A stretch of DNA of 64,000 nucleotides from Tubiluchus corallicola (taxonomy: Eukaryota > Animalia > Priapulida): positions 62,001 through 126,000 of the forward strand of contig JAQGDQ010000555.1 of assembly GCA_030141605.1 (NCBI GenBank), in the 5' to 3' direction. Every line of letters starts with the position of its first letter. The stretch's first letter is position 1. A model generated the notes under the pieces. The model saw only the letters and a program-made list of their open reading frames with translations. It was not told where the DNA came from and made no database searches. A program made the translations under genes and the position numbers. This document shows, in pieces, positions 62,201-64,000 of the stretch.

Positions 62201-63704
62201 AATTTATCCCTGACTCTATCAAAGGAATTTGAAAAAGCGAAAACTCGACTTTTAACCGTTTCTACATCACAAGTCACGCAACATTGTGAATCTCAAGTAT
62301 TGATACTCTGCAAAACGGGCACTTACACTCCAAGTTTGCAAGCTTGTTTTTAGTGCAAGTTTGCAAGCATTGTTCAAAAAGTGCGTTGATTACAAAAAAC
62401 AACGAGGCTAAAATTTGTATGGACAAATCAAGGAAGAATCTTTATGAGAGCTAATGAAAAAATGGAATCCTTCGAAATAAAATGTGAAGAGGACTTAACC
62501 TAATTTGAACTGTTTCAGATTCTGATTATACTTATGCTCGTCTTTAACGCTAATCAAGTAAACAGGTATCTTTCTTATTTTAAGTTTCTTTGCCGTTTGT
62601 CAGATTGCCCGTTCGCCTAATACAGTTCACGTGTGTACTAATTGTGTGTGCATGCCTGCGGGTGTATGTATTATTCATAATTGTATGTATTATTCAAGTT
62701 TATATTGTATAAGTGAGCAAAAAATAGCTCACATTTTTTTGTATGATAACTAGAAACAGTTATCGGTACAGTCGTAATGCCTATGCAGGTTGGTACTGTA
62801 AGTGATTACAAAACTAAGGATACCACCGAGTAATAATTACAAACAGCTTAGTGTGGTTGAATGAAACCAGTTTTTTTTTGTCCGTATGTTAATTGATAAC
62901 CTTGACTACATGGGTAAATGGTCCAATGAATAAGCGATTCGTAAATGGTTGCGGACGAGATTTTGTCACGTATCAAGTATTTAATATATTAACCTGTTTA
63001 CAGAAACCGATTAACAGATTACCTTGAAGTGAAAACTTTAACGTACCTGGGCATAACCTATGACATTCACAGGTACGCTGCCTTGATTGCGAAATTGTAT
63101 TTTTTTACCAATGAATACACGAAGGGATTTTTTTGAACAAGCACTGTTAGACACTAAATGAAACGTGAGCGTGTAATATTTTTAATACAGAAGTGACTCC
63201 ATTTTTTATATGGCGAGACAGCTTAACGTAAATTTATGCTTAAATTCATGCTTAACTCCATATTAAATTTACCCCTTTTTAGAAAGATATGCATAAAAAA
63301 TAGTAACTTTGTTTCAATTTTCACTTATTAGCAACATGGATATATAATTAAACTGTATTAATCCTACGTACCGTGATTAGTTAATATCTGGCAAGTTATT
63401 TTCTGTCTATATATCATTAACAGTCAAATTTAAGTGGAACCATATTTCTAAATATGAGACTATTTTTGTGTACTTTAATGTATAATCAAAGAATTCATAC
63501 TACATCAGTAATCCAAAATACATGTGCAAATTATATGCTCCAGGATATATTAATTTGATAATTTGAAGCAATTATTTTATTTATCTTTTTTTAAATCAAA
63601 GTGGAAGATAGAGGCAAATAAGTCGGCCCTAATTACTACCTCAGTTTTTTTGTATTTTCTTTCTTTTTTAACAATTACTCACCCTCTTTAACTACATCAT
63701 TCAT

Positions 63705-64000
63705 ATGTTAACATTCTCATGTCCCGCTTGCGAGAAACCTGTTAAACATAACCAAAAGGCTCTAGGATGTGACAACTGTTATAGGTGGATTCACCTAAGA
63801 TGCTCACCGTTATCAGTTGACGATTATAATGACCTGGCTACAGATGATAATGAATGGTTTTGCCATCTTTGTCTACAGTCTATTTTTCCATTCAATAATA
63901 TACCAGATGATGAAGAATTTAAACATATTGCACGTTTTTCAAATATTGGTTCTATCTTGTGCGATTATAACTTAAATCTCTTTTGCGCTGAATCAGATGA
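63705..64000 (+). mobile_element. PHD-finger N-terminus of a CR1/L2-group LINE ORF, running off the window end
   Basis: MLTFSCPACEKPVKHNQKALGCDNCYRWIHLRC...WFCHLCLQSIFPFNNI: a C4HC3 PHD followed by the FPF motif seen in such LINEs. Confidence 0.75.

Overview
This is AT-rich eukaryotic (invertebrate-like) genomic DNA; the species cannot be determined from the sequence. Host genes: a complete five-coding-exon ARL2 gene (+, 27388-36776) with a probable U12-type first coding intron and a six-fold tandem duplication of its last splice acceptor; a single-coding-exon C2H2 zinc-finger gene with a PLDLS-rich sister exon (-); and a small two-exon orphan gene. The background contains many mini/microsatellites, MITEs and LINE fragments. 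The standout locus is 42.7-55.9 kb, a 52-bp satellite array holding RNA-virus-like genes. Three near-identical 3.7-kb units each carry an intact class I fusion glycoprotein ORF (signal peptide, RKKR, fusion peptide, heptad, TM) joined to a 5'-truncated LINE RT with a (TAA)n tail, bounded by a CTTCTA target-site duplication. A mononegavirus-like nucleoprotein ORF is joined to the satellite at the same CCTTCTA register and in the same orientation. My reading is that LINE machinery captured viral mRNAs into a satellite by target-primed reverse transcription and that unequal crossover later amplified the F unit. The viral assignments rest on motif recognition, not on database searches.
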